This document shows, piece after piece, positions 12,505 to 26,386 of a stretch of 64,000 nucleotides of DNA. Numbering within the stretch: position 1 is the first letter of the stretch; each line of letters begins with the position of its first letter. The DNA is from Utricularia gibba (lineage: Eukaryota; Plantae; Magnoliophyta): the NCBI GenBank assembly GCA_002189035.1, contig NEEC01000015.1, positions 1,302,001-1,366,000 of the forward strand. The letters are read 5' to 3'. The notes beneath the pieces were generated by a model. That model worked only from the letters and a program-made list of their open reading frames with translations, did no database searches and had not been told where the DNA came from. The position numbers and the translations under genes are program-made.

Positions 12505-15500
12505 ATGTCGGAAATCGTCCTCGGGAGCCCTGAAAATGGTGTTGAAAATAGACCCAGCACCAGTAGGAGAGCTCCGGGCACCACCAGTGAGAGACCCTTT
12601 ACGAGGTCTATTGCTTCCGGTCGTGTGTATGTGCAGGCGCCGTTTGATAGTGAGAAGCTCCCTGTTACCCTGGCGCCGGAGATTCAGAGGTTTCTTCGTG
12701 TGGCTAACCAGATTGGAATGGATGAGCCTCGCGTTGCGTATTTTTGTGAGTGTTGGACCTTGATTCATTCAAGTTTCTTGATTCTTGATTTGTCGATCGA
12801 AAAGTGTAGAGTTGTTGCATTAATGTTTGTGTTGTTTTTTAAATGGCCAGGTCGAGTGCACGCTTTTGCAGTGGCACATAACTTGGATAGAAATTCGAGA
12901 GGTCGTGGAGTTCGGCAATTTAAGACTGCTCTTCTTCAGCGCCTTGAGCAGGTAATCGATGAAATTTTCTTATACGCTAAGATGATGATTAGTGTCTGAA
13001 TTATGTGGTTTGATTTAGGATGAAGAAATTATTAAGGGTGGAAAGAGTGATTTGTTACGTGAATTACGGCGTATATATCAGCAATACAATGACTATATCA
13101 TCAAACATGGTGGAGAATACACTTTAGAGAATAGGTAAATTTTCTCCCTTTTTCACAATTCTTATGTGGTTTATGGGTTTCTTGAATTTGTCTTATGATA
13201 ATTAACTATACACTGTTATTGGTTATTCTGAAAGAGAGAAGCTGACCAAAGCAAGGGCCATTTCATCAGTTTTGCTAGAAGTCCTAAATGCTGTAACTAC
13301 TGCAGCAGATTCTCAGGTTTTTCCCTCCTGCTTATGTTCTCTGTTTCTCATTCATTTGTGCATTCGGATTAATCAGTATGCTGAATTTATATTTAATCAT
13401 TCAATAGGCCCTTTCAGAGTCCGACCATTCGAGATCTAGCTTGGATGTGTCATACAACATTCTCCCACTTGGCCAAGGAGGTGTTCAAATGGCTGCAATA
13501 ATGCAGCTTCCGGAGGTCACTAATACTTTTCTATGCCCGTGTAAAAAAAAAAAAATTTGAAGTTCTTTATTTTTTCTCTAACTCGGTGGATTCAACAGAT
13601 CAAATCTGCCATAGCTGCTGTCCAAAATGTGCGGGGTTTGCCTGTCATAGAAAATTCTGGAAGACAAGTGCCTCTTATGGATTTGTTTGACTGGCTGCAG
13701 CTCTGTTTCAGATTTCAGGTACTCTTTAGTTTCCTTACATGAGTTTCTGAAGCCTCAAAACTTAATCTTTTGTAAATAGCGTGTGGTTTACAATTTATTA
13801 GAATGGAAACGTTGCAAACCAGCGGGAGCATTTGATTCTTCTACTAGCAAATTTGCATGTTCGTCAAAAACACCAAAAAGCACCAAAGGTGGTTATCTTT
13901 AGTATTCTTTACCGATCATCTCTTTACCGCCGTTATTTTATTTTTCTGATGTTAAAGGGATGCGTTCTTCGTTTAGTTAATTGATGGAGCTATTGATGCG
14001 CTGATGAAGAGAACGTTTAAGAACTATTCACAATGGTGCAAGTTTTTGGGTCGAAAAAGCAGCATCCGGTGATTAGATCGAATTTTGATTATTCAGATAC
14101 TATGAATTTCTGATAGTGGCGTTTCCCATTACTGTATTTTGGATATCTCCAGTTTATGTACACTCTGGTATTGATATAATAATAATGCAGAATCCATTTT
14201 CTTTCCAGGTTGCCATACTTGAAACCTGAAGCACAACAATATAAACTATTGTACATATCACTTTATCTTTTAATATGGGGTGAGGCTGCGAATTTAAGGT
14301 TTATGCCAGAGTGTCTCTGCTATATATTTCATCACGTAAGTCCATATATCCTTGCCTTCATTGGCTTTGTAGTGTGAAAAAATTTTCGTAGCTCAGTTTC
14401 TGCTTCCTGCATTTCTTGTAAAATCTGGTTTAAAAAATATTCTCCTCATCCAGACTTCATTGGAATTCCACCCAAACTCGTACTTGTAGTCTAAAACTCA
14501 ATAATATAATCCAGAATCTACGTTGTTGCACAGAACAGGGCCATTATATGTTTTCAGTATTTTTCTACTCATACGAGATATACCACAATAAGTTGATGTG
14601 GAAGTGCCTGCAAGAATTAAGCCAGCATAAACATTAAATTGAAAGAATGAACACTCTTTCTGAAGTGTTAATATGTATGATATGAATCTCGCTGTTTCAG
14701 ATGGCGAGTGAACTGCATAAAATGCTGAGTCGTGAGGTGAATCCAATGACTGGAGAAAGTGTCATGCCAGTGTACGGACGAGAAGATGAGGCTTTCCTTA
14801 AGTATGTGGTTTCTCCCATATATGATGTTATAGAAAAGGTATATACTATACCTATGATATTGTTTTTTCTTGTCCTGCATACCTCTAATTTTATGCCAAC
14901 TTATTGAAGGAAGCAATGAAAAACAGAAATGGGACAGCTGCCCATTCAAGATGGAGGAACTACGATGATTTAAATGAATTTTTCTGGTAACAAAGTTTAG
15001 GGACAGAACTCTCTATGTGATGTGTTACTGTTTCTTATTCATCACCTATTAACCTCATTCACCTTCAGGTCTCCAGATTGCTTTGAGATTGGTTGGCCAA
15101 TGCGTCTTCTGGAACATGACTTCTTTTGCTGTGAAGAACTTTCTGATGATGGCAAAAGAAAGAGAACTCACAAATCAGAGAGGACACAGAGAGAAGACAA
15201 AAATGACAGAAGTAATGATGCAGATGAGGAGATGGGAGTAAGTTTTAATTCTTCTTAATACACTGTCGATTCTGTGTTGTGTTTCTTAAGACAACTGATT
15301 TTGGTTGCTGCTTGTACAGTTACAGGACGATCCGCAGATTGTTGTTGGTAAGGTGCACCAAAGATGGTTAGGGAAGACAAATTTTGTTGAGATCCGTTCA
15401 TTTTGGCAGATTTTCAGAAGCTTTGATAGGATGTGGAACTTCCTTGTGTTAGCTCTTCAGGTTTTTTCTGAAGAAACCTGTCCCACAAGCCCTTGAGACA

Positions 15501-18500
15501 TCAGCGTTTCTGAAAATGTGCATTCATTTTCTCATAGGCAATGATTATCATGGCATACCATGATTTGGAGTCTCCATTACAAGTGTTTGATTCAACAATA
15601 CTTGAGGATGTTATGAGCATCTTCATCACCTCTGCCGTTCTTAGACTAATCCAAGGTAGGTCGGTGCTTCATTTTCAAAAGAAAGACGGTACATGTCAAA
15701 TAAAGTTTTTCTGTGGTTAAATTTGTTTAAATAAACATATGGAATCATCTGGATTTTGCAGTTGTTTTGGATATCGTGTTCACATGGAAATCCAGATCTT
15801 GTGCAGACCCTTTCCGCCGTCGAAAATATTTTATGAAGATTATTGTTGCTATGGTCTGGACAATTGTTCTTCCTATATGTTATTCTCATTCAAAAGGAAA
15901 ATATACGTGCTACTCTGCACAAGAAGGGGGCTGGCTTGGAGAATGGTGCTACTCATCCTACATGGTAGCTGTTGCAATTTACTTGTTTAGTAATGCTGTC
16001 AGTGTGGTCCTTTTTTTGGTTCCAGCAGCTGGAAAATACATCGAGACATCCAATACTCGTCTATGTACAATTTTATCATGGTGCGCACAGGTAAAAGTTA
16101 AGTTATAGGTTCTTCTCATCATTTAATCCCGTGAGTCAAAAGTATAGTTCTTTCTACATGCATTCTTCTCGGTGAAAAATGAGCCATGTTACTATGTTCA
16201 GTGATCTTATATCAACAAGTGACTGAGTGTTATTTTTTCTTATACCTTCCACCTTGTTTTCCTAATTCATATCAACCAATGGAATTTCGCATTTTGCAGC
16301 CTAGACTCTTTGTCGGAAGAGGAATGCAAGAGAGTCAGGTGTCAATTCTAAAGTAGTGCCAAAATCTCTATGCTGATTCATTGTTCATAGTTTTTCATAC
16401 TTTAACTTTTCATCATTAGTTTTGTTGTTAATTATTTAGGTACACATTTTTCTGGGTGCTTTTGTTGCTGAGCAAATTGTTATTTAGCTATACATTTGAG
16501 GTACATGTCATACTGCATAGAAGCAGGTTCTTGGGTCATGCTGGTCTAGAATCGTTACTAGATCCTTCGTTATATGCAGATAAAACCACTTATATCACCA
16601 ACTAGAAGGATAATGAGTATTGGAGTGAAAAGTTATGAGTGGCATGAACTTTTCCCTATGGGTAATTTCATTTGTACCTTTCTTGTAATATTCCATCTCA
16701 ATTTGCCATAAGGTATAATATTTTCATATGATCGTTCATTATTTAGTGAAGAACAACGTTGTTGCGATTGCTGCTATCTGGTCTCCTATCATCCTTGTAA
16801 GTGTGCACGATACATAGTTTGCTAGTTTTCTTTTTCTGGCACATTCATTTAACTCGGTTTTCAGGTATACTTCATGGATGTACAAATATGGTATTCTGTT
16901 TACTGCTCCATCTATGGGGGAATATATGGAATTCTTTACCATCTTGGTGAAGTATGCCAAACCTCTGTTTATTCAATCTGTTTTGTGTATGAAGCTTTTT
17001 TGTGCTTGTGTTGTAATTCGCTCTTTTTTTTCCGTTAAAAAAAAAGATTCGAACACAGAGAATGTTCTGTAGCAAATTTGATAGTCTGGCCAAGGTTTTC
17101 AACCAAACCCTCTTACCTCCCATAAACGAAGGAAATGAAGAAGGATTTAAGTTGTGGTTATGTGAACCAGGCTGTCTAAAGGTTGGTCTTTCTGTTTTAT
17201 TAAATATTTTGTTTATCAGCTCTTTGATAACGTTTAATATGGATGACTTAGGCCCTAGAGAATACTAAAGGTGGAGTTCTGAAATTTGCTATAACATGGA
17301 ACCAAATTGTAAGTAGCTTCCGGGATGAAGATCTGATAAGCAACAGGTTGATTATGTTGCTCTTCTTTTCCTTTTTCTACGAGTTCTATTTTTTTTAAAC
17401 AATTTCTTACTTTGTCATGTTCTTTGGATGCAGAGAACGTGATTTGATGAAAATACCTTTGACTTCTGAATTATTATCTAACCAAGTTTGTTGGCCTGTT
17501 TTTCTTCTGGCACATAAGGTAAATGAGAATTGAAACTCTTGTTCCAAAATGTTAGCAGTTTCACATTCTTTTCTTTTTCATTTTCAGTTACCGGCAGCTC
17601 TTGTCATCGCCAAAGTTTTTACTGGAAAATTTAATAAACTGCTGCAAACAATCAAAAAGGATACTTACATGTTTCATGTTGTCACTGAATGCTACAAGTC
17701 TCTCAAGTACATATTGGATATCCTTGTTGTGGGTGACATGGAGAGAAGGTAGAAAAAATGATAATTCATTTCAAGAACTCAACATATTACCATGGTTTCC
17801 AACTTCTCCATTTTCAGGATTGTGTATGGTATTTTCGAAGAAATTGAGGAAAGCATTTCACAATCATCACTTCTCAAGCATATACGTCTGTGTGAGATAC
17901 CAGCTTTACATGCTAAATGTGTTGACTTGCTGGAGCTACTGGTAATTATGATGCATGGAACTGTTATCCATTATTAAGAAAATATTGCTGACCTCAAAGT
18001 TATTTTTATTTAGGTAGAGGGGATGAAGGCAATCATCATAAGGTAGTAAGGATACTTCAGGATATCTTTGATGTTGTGACAAATGATATTTTCATAAAAA
18101 GACCAAGGTTGGCAGCTTCTTGTGCTCTCTCTCTGAGCTAAATACCAGCTGTATTTCATTTGTTTATTGAAGTTTTTTGTTTGATCCTGGTGCATAAGAA
18201 CACTGGATATATTCTACCCTCTTCAGCAACTGCAAGATGACGATGCAGAATTTTTTAGTCATTTTCAACCAGAACTATTTGCTTCAAAGGATTCCATCCA
18301 TTTCCCACTTCCAGATTCAGGCCCTATAAGCGATAAGGTACCGTTTATTTTATTTCTCAAGCACTTCATTTATCGTGTGAGTCACTCTCTGAAAATTGTG
18401 TGCAGATTACACGTTTCCATTTGTTGCTCACTATTCAAGACAAGGCCATGTATATACCCTCAAATCTGGAGGCTCGAAGAAGAATCTCATATTTTGTTAC

Positions 18501-21500
18501 TTCTCTGTTTATGAACATGCCTAAAGCTCCCAAAGTGCGCAATATGGTCTCGTTCAGGTACTTTTTTGACATGTTTTTGCTTATTTTTCCAAAAGTTCCG
18601 TATGTTAACAATTATACAGATGATAAGAGCTAGGTTGCTGATCTTCGCTGTTTTCAGTGTTTTGACTCCTCACCTTATGGAAGAAGTAAAGTTTTCAAAC
18701 GAGGAGCTTCATTTAAGCAATCAAGGAGTTCCCATATGCTTTTACATGCAGAAGATATTTCCAGGTCTGTTTCTTGTTGGCCAATAGAGTAGAACAAATT
18801 TGGAACTAGTCCCATTTCCATGTTGAACTTCTCTTCCTGTCTTTCAGATGAATGGGATAATTTTCTAGAGCGTCTTGGAAACAAAAAAGAAGATCGTCTG
18901 GATGATGATGTCGGTGAGGAAGATCTGAGAGATTGGGCTTCGTTTCGGGGACAAACTCTTAGCCGGACAGGTGAATTTCAGCTAGAAATTTTTGCTCTAG
19001 TGCGTATTGTGATGAGTTATGTTTTTCTGATAAAAAGTCAGGGGAATGATGTACTATCGGAAGGCCCTGAAGTTACAAGCCTTTCTGGACATGGCAGAGA
19101 TCGATGGTTTGTATCATTTGAACTTATTATGGAAGGTCAACATGTTCAATTATTGACTTGCATTATGGCATACGCAACCAGATATTTTGGAGAATTATGA
19201 TACCATGAATAGAGCAGATGATACCTTATCAGCAGAACTCGATGCCTTGGTAGACATGAAATTCACTCATGTTGTTTCGTGTCAAGTATATGGATCCCAG
19301 AAGGCCTCTGGAGACCCTCAAGCTAAAGATATACTCGACCTGATGATACGGTAGATTTCATGTCATGATGGTTTCTGGGCATATATCATATCATTTTTGA
19401 AACATAACCTCATGTTTTGATCATAGATATCCCTCTTTGCGAGTGGCTTATGTTGAGGAGAAAGAAGAGATTGTGGGAAATACTACTAAGAAAATTTATT
19501 CTTCGATTCTAGTCAAGGCAGTAAATGGCTTTGATCAGGTAAAAGACCAAGGCGTTTCATCATTCATAAGCATGTGCATGATTCATTGTTTGTAGTAGCT
19601 TATGCTCTTGCTATTTCCAGGAGATTTACCGCATAAAGCTTCCTGGATCTCCAAATATCGGAGAAGGGAAACCAGAAAATCAAAACCATGCAATTGTATT
19701 CACACGTGGTGAAGCTCTTCAAGCAATAGATATGAATCAGGCAACATTTTTTCTCCTTCCTTTTTCCCTCTCATGATGATTAGTTCTTTCTGGAATCAAT
19801 ATATGATTGGAAGGTCACCACCATTGCGGTTTCAATAGGATCATTATCTCGAGGAAGCTATCAAGATGCGTAATCTATTGCAAGAATTTCTAAAAACTAG
19901 AAGAAGGGATTCTCCAACCATTCTTGGATTGAGGGAACACATATTCACAGGAAGGTCAGATTCCACGTGGAAATAGACGTTGAAAACTGAAATGGAAAAC
20001 TTTTCAAATGACAAATGCTTATTTTTGAAGATCTCTAGTTGTATATGCTCAAGTGATTTACAAAAAATCTTCTTTTCTACTTCAGTGTGTCCTCGTTGGC
20101 GTGGTTTATGTCGTATCAGGAAACTAGTTTTGTGACCATTGGGCAAAGACTTCTTGCAAATCCTCTGAGGTAATCCCAGATTGCTTCTGGTTTATGTCTT
20201 TTTCTACTTCAATATGACTTGCTTCATACTTATATCACACGCACAGAGATGAATTTGTATTGCTTGTCATACAGGGTAAGATTCCATTATGGGCATCCAG
20301 ATGTATTTGACAGATTATTTCATCTAACCAGAGGAGGCATAAGCAAAGCCTCAAAGACCATAAACTTAAGCGAAGATCTCTTTGCAGGTTGTTGTTATAA
20401 AAAACCTTATGTTTGAGAGTTGATGCCGAATAATCAGTTTATTTTGATGTTCTTAGATGCTTAAAAACTTTGTGTTTTCCAGGATTCAATACTACCTTGA
20501 GGCGGGGATACATTACGCATCATGAGTACATGCAAGTGGGAAAAGGCCGTGATGTTGGTCTCAACCAAATCTCGAAGTTTGAGGCTAAGGTTGCAAATGG
20601 GAATGGTGAACAAACACTCAGTCGAGATGTATATCGACTTGGACGCCGATTCGACTTCTTTCGGATGCTTTCTTTTTACTACACAACTATCGGCTTCTAC
20701 TTCAATAGTCTGGTAAGGTGTTTATGCTTAATTTCGACTACTTCAATAGTCAATGCTGCGAAAGGTGCTGTATCTCTGAGTCTTTATCTTTTTGCTATGT
20801 TTTCGGTGCAGATATCTCTTATTGCAGTTTATATGTTTCTTTATGGACAGCTTTATTTAGTACTAAGTGGTCTTCAAAGATCAGTTCTTCATGAAGCCAG
20901 AGTTAAAAACATAAAATCCCTGGAAACAGCCTTAGCCTCTCAGTCATTTATACAGCTGGGGCTCCTAACAGGTCTGCCAATGATCATAGAATTAGGCCTT
21001 GAGAGAGGTTTTCTTGCAGCTCTGAAAGATTTTGTGCTCATGCAACTGCAGCTAGCTTCCGTTTTCTTTACCTTCTCTTATGGAACAAAATCTCACTATT
21101 ATGGACGAACAATCCTTCATGGTGGTGCCAAGTATCGACCCACCGGGCGTAAGGTGGTAGTTTTCCATTCTAGCTTCTCCGAGAACTACAGATTCTACTC
21201 AAGGTGCCACTTTATAAAGGGATTTGAACTTCTCCTTCTGCTCATTGTCTATGAACTGTTTCGAAAGTCATATGAGAGAAGCATGGGGTATGTTCTGATG
21301 ACATACGCCATTTGGTTCATGTCCATGGCCTGGTTATTTGCCCCCTTCCTGTTCAACCCTTCAGGATTCAGCTGGAGAAAGATAGTGGATGACTGGATAG
21401 ATTGGAACAAATGGATCCAACAACAGGGAGGGATTGGGATTCATCAAGATAAAAGCTGGGAATCCTGGTGGATTGATGAACAGAGCCATCTCCTCCACTC

Positions 21501-22257
21501 AGGAATCACTTCTCGTCTCATGGAGCTACTTCTTTCTCTCAGATTCTTCATATACCAGTACGGCCTGGTGTACCACCTCGATATATCTGGCAGCAACAGG
21601 ACTCTCATCGTCTACGGGCTCTCCTGGATCGCCATCGTCATCATCTTCCTCTTGCTCAAGGTACCAACTCTCCCCCATCTCCATCTCCATCTCCATCTCA
21701 TCTCATCAGCACCTCCCAGATCATGACTTGCTTCCATTCAAGGTGCTAAAACTAGGAAGACAGCACCTCAGCGCCAGCTATCACCTAGCCTTTCGACTCT
21801 TCAAAGCTTTCCTCTTCCTCGGAATCATAGCAACAATCGTGACTCTCTCAGTCATCTGCCATCTATCCCTCAAGGATTTAGTTGTCTGCGGCCTCGCCTT
21901 TCTCCCCACTGGCTGGGGACTGATACTGGTACCACACACACTTCATCTTCTTCACTGAACTCCCACATGGGCCATCTCTCCTCACATGCGTTGCCGCTTC
22001 TGCTTGTGCTTCAGGTCTCGCAGGCTCTGAGGCCGGTGACGGAGGTCATCGGACTGTGGCAGTTCACCAAGGTCATCGCTCGGGCGTACGACTACGGCAT
22101 GGGCGTGGCCCTCTTCACTCCCATGGCTGTGCTGGCATGGCTCCCCATCATCTCCGCCTTCCAGACTCGCGTCCTTTTCAATGAAGCTTTTAGCAGAAGG
22201 CTGCATATTCACAAGATCCTTCCAGGCAACAAGAAGCACAAAATAAACAAGCTTTGA
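12505..22257 (+). CDS. CALS8: Callose synthase, CalS8/GSL4-like, about 40 exons; one apparent -1 frameshift at 18019-18022
   Basis: Exons traced by hand: PFDSEKLPVTLAPEIQRFLRVAN, GRGVRQFKT, GNVANQREHLILLLAN, LLIWGEAANLRFMPECLCYIFH, WRNYDDLNEFFW, NLEARRRISYF, GEGKPENQNHAI, RFHYGHPDVFDR, FQTRVLFNEAFSR. The N-terminus and the EWCYSSYMVAVAIY segment match the CalS8 type rather than CalS7. Confidence 0.9.
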
Positions 22258-22396
22258 TTCATTGCTACATCCCCAGTGTACATCAAACCTCTCCTCTCTT
22301 GTATAGTACACTGTACGATCCTTTTGTAGGTAGAGTGGGCCCCTGTGTAAAAATCTTTTAGAACACATTTTTATTTTTTTATTTTTTTCATAATAA

Positions 22397-22691
22397 CTGG
22401 ATTTTCAACTGGTGAATTGAATCGATTTTCGACAATTCGTCAGTTAATCAGGGATTAGATTATGTTTTATGTTAAAAAAAAATTTAAACTTAAAACTTAT
22501 TTTTACTAAAAATCAAAAGAAGAAAATATACAAAATCTCAAAAAAAAATCCTTAAAAATTTAAATAATATATTATTAGTATTTGGTGTTTAAAATTTGTA
22601 ATTTGTTTATCAAACTAGTGTGATCAAAATCCGATTTTGAACCAAGTCTATCTCGAATTGGGTCGATTTTAATCCCAATTTGAAAACATAG
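22397..22691. mobile_element. Degenerate hAT-like MITE
   Basis: Left end CTGGATTTTCAACTGG versus reverse complement of right end CTATGTTTTCAAATTGG; flanks CATAATAA / CATACTAC (6 of 8 match, decayed 8-bp TSD); AT-rich core with AATCGATT/TTGAACC-type subterminal words. Confidence 0.4.
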
Positions 22692-23228
22692 CATACTACT
22701 AATTTCAATATTTTGATAGTTTTTAGTATCTAGTATACCTTTTAAGTCAATTTAATTTGATTCTTTTTAAAAAAAAATTGAAAATTGAATATTTAGTTTG
22801 TTGGGTTTTGGAATATGCAATGTAAATTACTAGTTTATTCTGATGTGTCAAAATATTAAACTCATTTTTAAAAAAATTACATACATAAAATAATTTCTGA
22901 ATGCAAGTTTAACAAAAAATATTATATTTTCGCTAATAAAATGATGATTTATTTTTTTGAATTTGAAGTGAAGCAAAACGCGGTTTGAGTATAAACTGAA
23001 CCCAATAGCTTTGCGGTTCGGAGTCCAACATCGTACGGTGGACATTAAAAACGGGGACTGTGAGACGTGTGGACCCTCGGATCAGATCACACTTAAAATA
23101 TGACCGTTGCTAGATTCTGCTTGCCGTCCTTTTCAAATTGGCGTATCTGGAATTCGTTGTCAAACGGAACCTGGTGCTTTTTTCTCTTCGTTCTTAAGCT
23201 TCCTTTACAAAAAAGATATAGGGAAAAA

Positions 23229-24944
23229 ATGTCTAAGAGAAGTGCACAAGAGATGGGTAACTCGGATTTACAAGTGCTTGATGTCGTAAACTCTGAAAGT
23301 GGTGGTGAAGTGGAGGACGAGCCTGCACATCCTTATGCTTTTCAGGTTTCTGGGCCGCGTAATGTCCCTTCTATAAACTGGAAGGATCTCATCAACTCTT
23401 CATGGTTCGGTACCCTTTCTGTCTGAATATGAATCTAAGTGTTGTTGGGTTCGGTTTTGGGACCTTGGATTTTGCGTCACTTTCTATGATCCCTCTTCTC
23501 ACGCATGGGATTGGATTTTATTTTGGAGCTTTGTATTTTCCAGTGATGAAGTTTGGTTGGAATTGAGATCTTTTGCTTCTTCCTCTTGTTGTTTGGATTC
23601 TACCTCAATATTCTGCAGTTTGTTTGGAAGCTCTGGGTTTTTACATGATCCAGTCTAGTAAAAGTTGACATTTTTGCTCTTGATGCATTGAATTTCTGCT
23701 GTTTGTGTTCCAATTTTGGCGATTTGAGGATCTATAAACTTCGTTAGTGCATGAGATTCCATGTCATTTGGAGCTCTGTTTTATTCATGATGAAGTTAGT
23801 TTCAAAGCGTGGATCTTAGTTTTTGTTTTTTGATACAAGTGCTCTTTGTGCCTCTGTTCTAGTATTATGATCTATGAGTTTACGTGGGATTATATTTCAT
23901 TCTGGAGTGACAAGATGAGATCTCTTACTTTCCTTTTACGTTTGTCTGATCACAATCAACAGGAAGAATAGCAATTACAGAAGAACGGTAATTGCATGCT
24001 TCATACAAGCAGTGTACCTGCTAGAGCTCGACAGACAAGAGAATCGAACCAAAGAAAACGCCCTCGCTCCAAACTGGTGGATTCCCTTCAAGTACAAGTG
24101 TGTAGATTCCCTTGTAGACCAGAGGGACGGTTCGATCTTCGGTGCAGTGTTTGAATGGGACAGGGGTGCAGCTCTCGCTGATTTCGTGCTTTTAAGACCA
24201 AGTGGTGCACCTAGAGCAGTCCTGGCTCTTAGAGGAACATTACTCAAAAGCACCACAATCAGACGAGATATAGAAGATGATCTGCGTTTCTTAACATGGG
24301 AAAGTCTCAAAGGTTCCTGCAGATTCAGCTCCACGCTGAATGCACTGAAAACAATATCTGAGAAGTATGGAAGCAGCAATGTATGCATCGCTGGTCACTC
24401 TCTCGGAGCTGCATTCGCGCTCCAAGTTGGAAAATCTCTAGCCAAAGAAGGGATACTCGTGGACGCACACTTGTTCAATCCACCCTCAGTTTCTCTAGCT
24501 TCAAGCCTTAGAGGTGCAGGGGAGAAGGCAGTGAACATGTGGAAGAAGATGAGATCAATGCTTCCTTCAGGGAACGGGGAGTATGACGAGGCTAACGAGT
24601 CCAAGTCGATGAAACTGGGGTCAAAACGATGGATACCTCATTTGTACGTGAATAACAGTGATTACATATGCTGCCATTATACAGACCCAGAGAAAAATGG
24701 TGTTGGGAAGGAAAATGATGAACCTGCTACTCCTGTAAGCGCAACACAGCCATGTGAAGCGAAGCTGTTCGTCTTCTCAAAAGGGAAGCAGAAATTTCTT
24801 GAAGCACATGGTCTGGAGCAATGGTGGTCAGAAGAGTTGGAGCTCCAAAAGGCTTTAAATGGCAGCAAGTTGATCAGCCGGCAGCTCAAGTCCCTGTACG
24901 GTGTACCGACATTGCCGGAACAGTCCGCCGGAAAGAGCAAATAG
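23229..24944 (+). CDS. Class-3 lipase / alpha-beta hydrolase (At4g10955-like family); exons 23229-~23404, ~23963-24944
   Basis: HPYAFQVSGPRNVPSINWKDLINSSW|KNSNYRRTVIACFIQAVYLLELDRQ, LALRGT, IAGHSLG nucleophile elbow, HLFNPP, FLEAHGLEQWW. Confidence 0.88.
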
Positions 24945-26386
24945 GGTTGCCGATTCTCGTCTCAGGTCACCATTTCCTGTTTCCTCTGCACAAGTTCTTC
25001 TGAGCCAACACAAAATGTGGATAATAAAGCAAAAACCATCATACAGCAGTGTGTTGTATGTTGTTTTCTAGGAATCCATTACACGAAAACTCGCATCGAT
25101 CGAAACCTTTGAAAAGATTGTTGTCAGTTTGTCCTATTAGATTCAATTTATGATAAAATTATTATTAAAAAAAGTATATTCATTTAGTTAAATACAAAAA
25201 TTATTATTACGTCATTTATTTTATTTTTAAAAGTTAAAATTCAATGGAATTAAAATTGGGTCAACAATCAAACCCTAACCATAATTTCCCTAACTCTTGG
25301 GCATCATTTATATCATCCCTGGGCCCCACTTGTTAGGTGTTTGATAGATGAGATATTGTTAATTTTAACATGCAATATGAATGCAATTGAATTATATGCA
25401 ATTATATTGCGTAATTTAACTAGGAATGTATTTTAATTATTTATATTTAGATAAATACGTATTATGTGATTATAATTAAAATTTTATTTGATACATATAT
25501 TTTACAAATACATGTTTTATTAACTAAAACTCAACTTGATTAATAACATTCATGTGAGTTTTGAAATACATAGTTGGAAACATTATACAAATGTTACGCT
25601 AATCGCGCGTCATATTAGAGAATACATTTATCAAATAAACGTAATTTTCAACACGAAATTACTTCTTTTTCATAATTGGAACCATTTTTTTGAAATAATA
25701 CAGTGCCAATTAATGGAAGGTTGGTTTTGATTTATATTGGGAAAATAAATACGTATTTATGTGTTCTAATTAGATATAATTAAAAAATAACCGTTTTCGG
25801 TTAGTAAGGCCCTACAGGGTGGTTACCATATAATATTTTGGCGACCATCATTTTGTATTATTTCCATATATAACAGGAATATCCAGAATTAGAATCAAAT
25901 AAATGCATTTATATTACAAAAAATGGAGTAAAATAAATTTGTTTCCATCTATGCATTCTGCACTGTTTTTTTTTTTAAAAAAAATCATATCGAAGAGAAC
26001 ACGTAGTTGGGTCTTTTTTGTCACACGAAACCCTAACTATAATCCCCAAACCCTAACCTTTCGTGGTCGTCCAAACACAACCCTAAGGTGGTAGGTGTCT
26101 TATAGGTTAAATATTGTTAATATATTCGAATATAAAAAAAAGTGTATTCATGATAATGGAAAGTGAGATTAAATGGTAAAATGGGATAAATTGGAGTTGG
26201 TCAACGAATGCGAATCCCTGCTTGATTTATAGAAGCTGGATTCATGGAGATTAGCGAGATTAAGAGAATCACGGAGCCCTTTTGCAGGCACTGATTAGCC
26301 GTAGAGAGTGGTCACCCATCCAACTTCGTTTATATATGCAACACACCGGAGATTGAGTCTCAGACTGTTCTCTTCAGTTGCTGACG

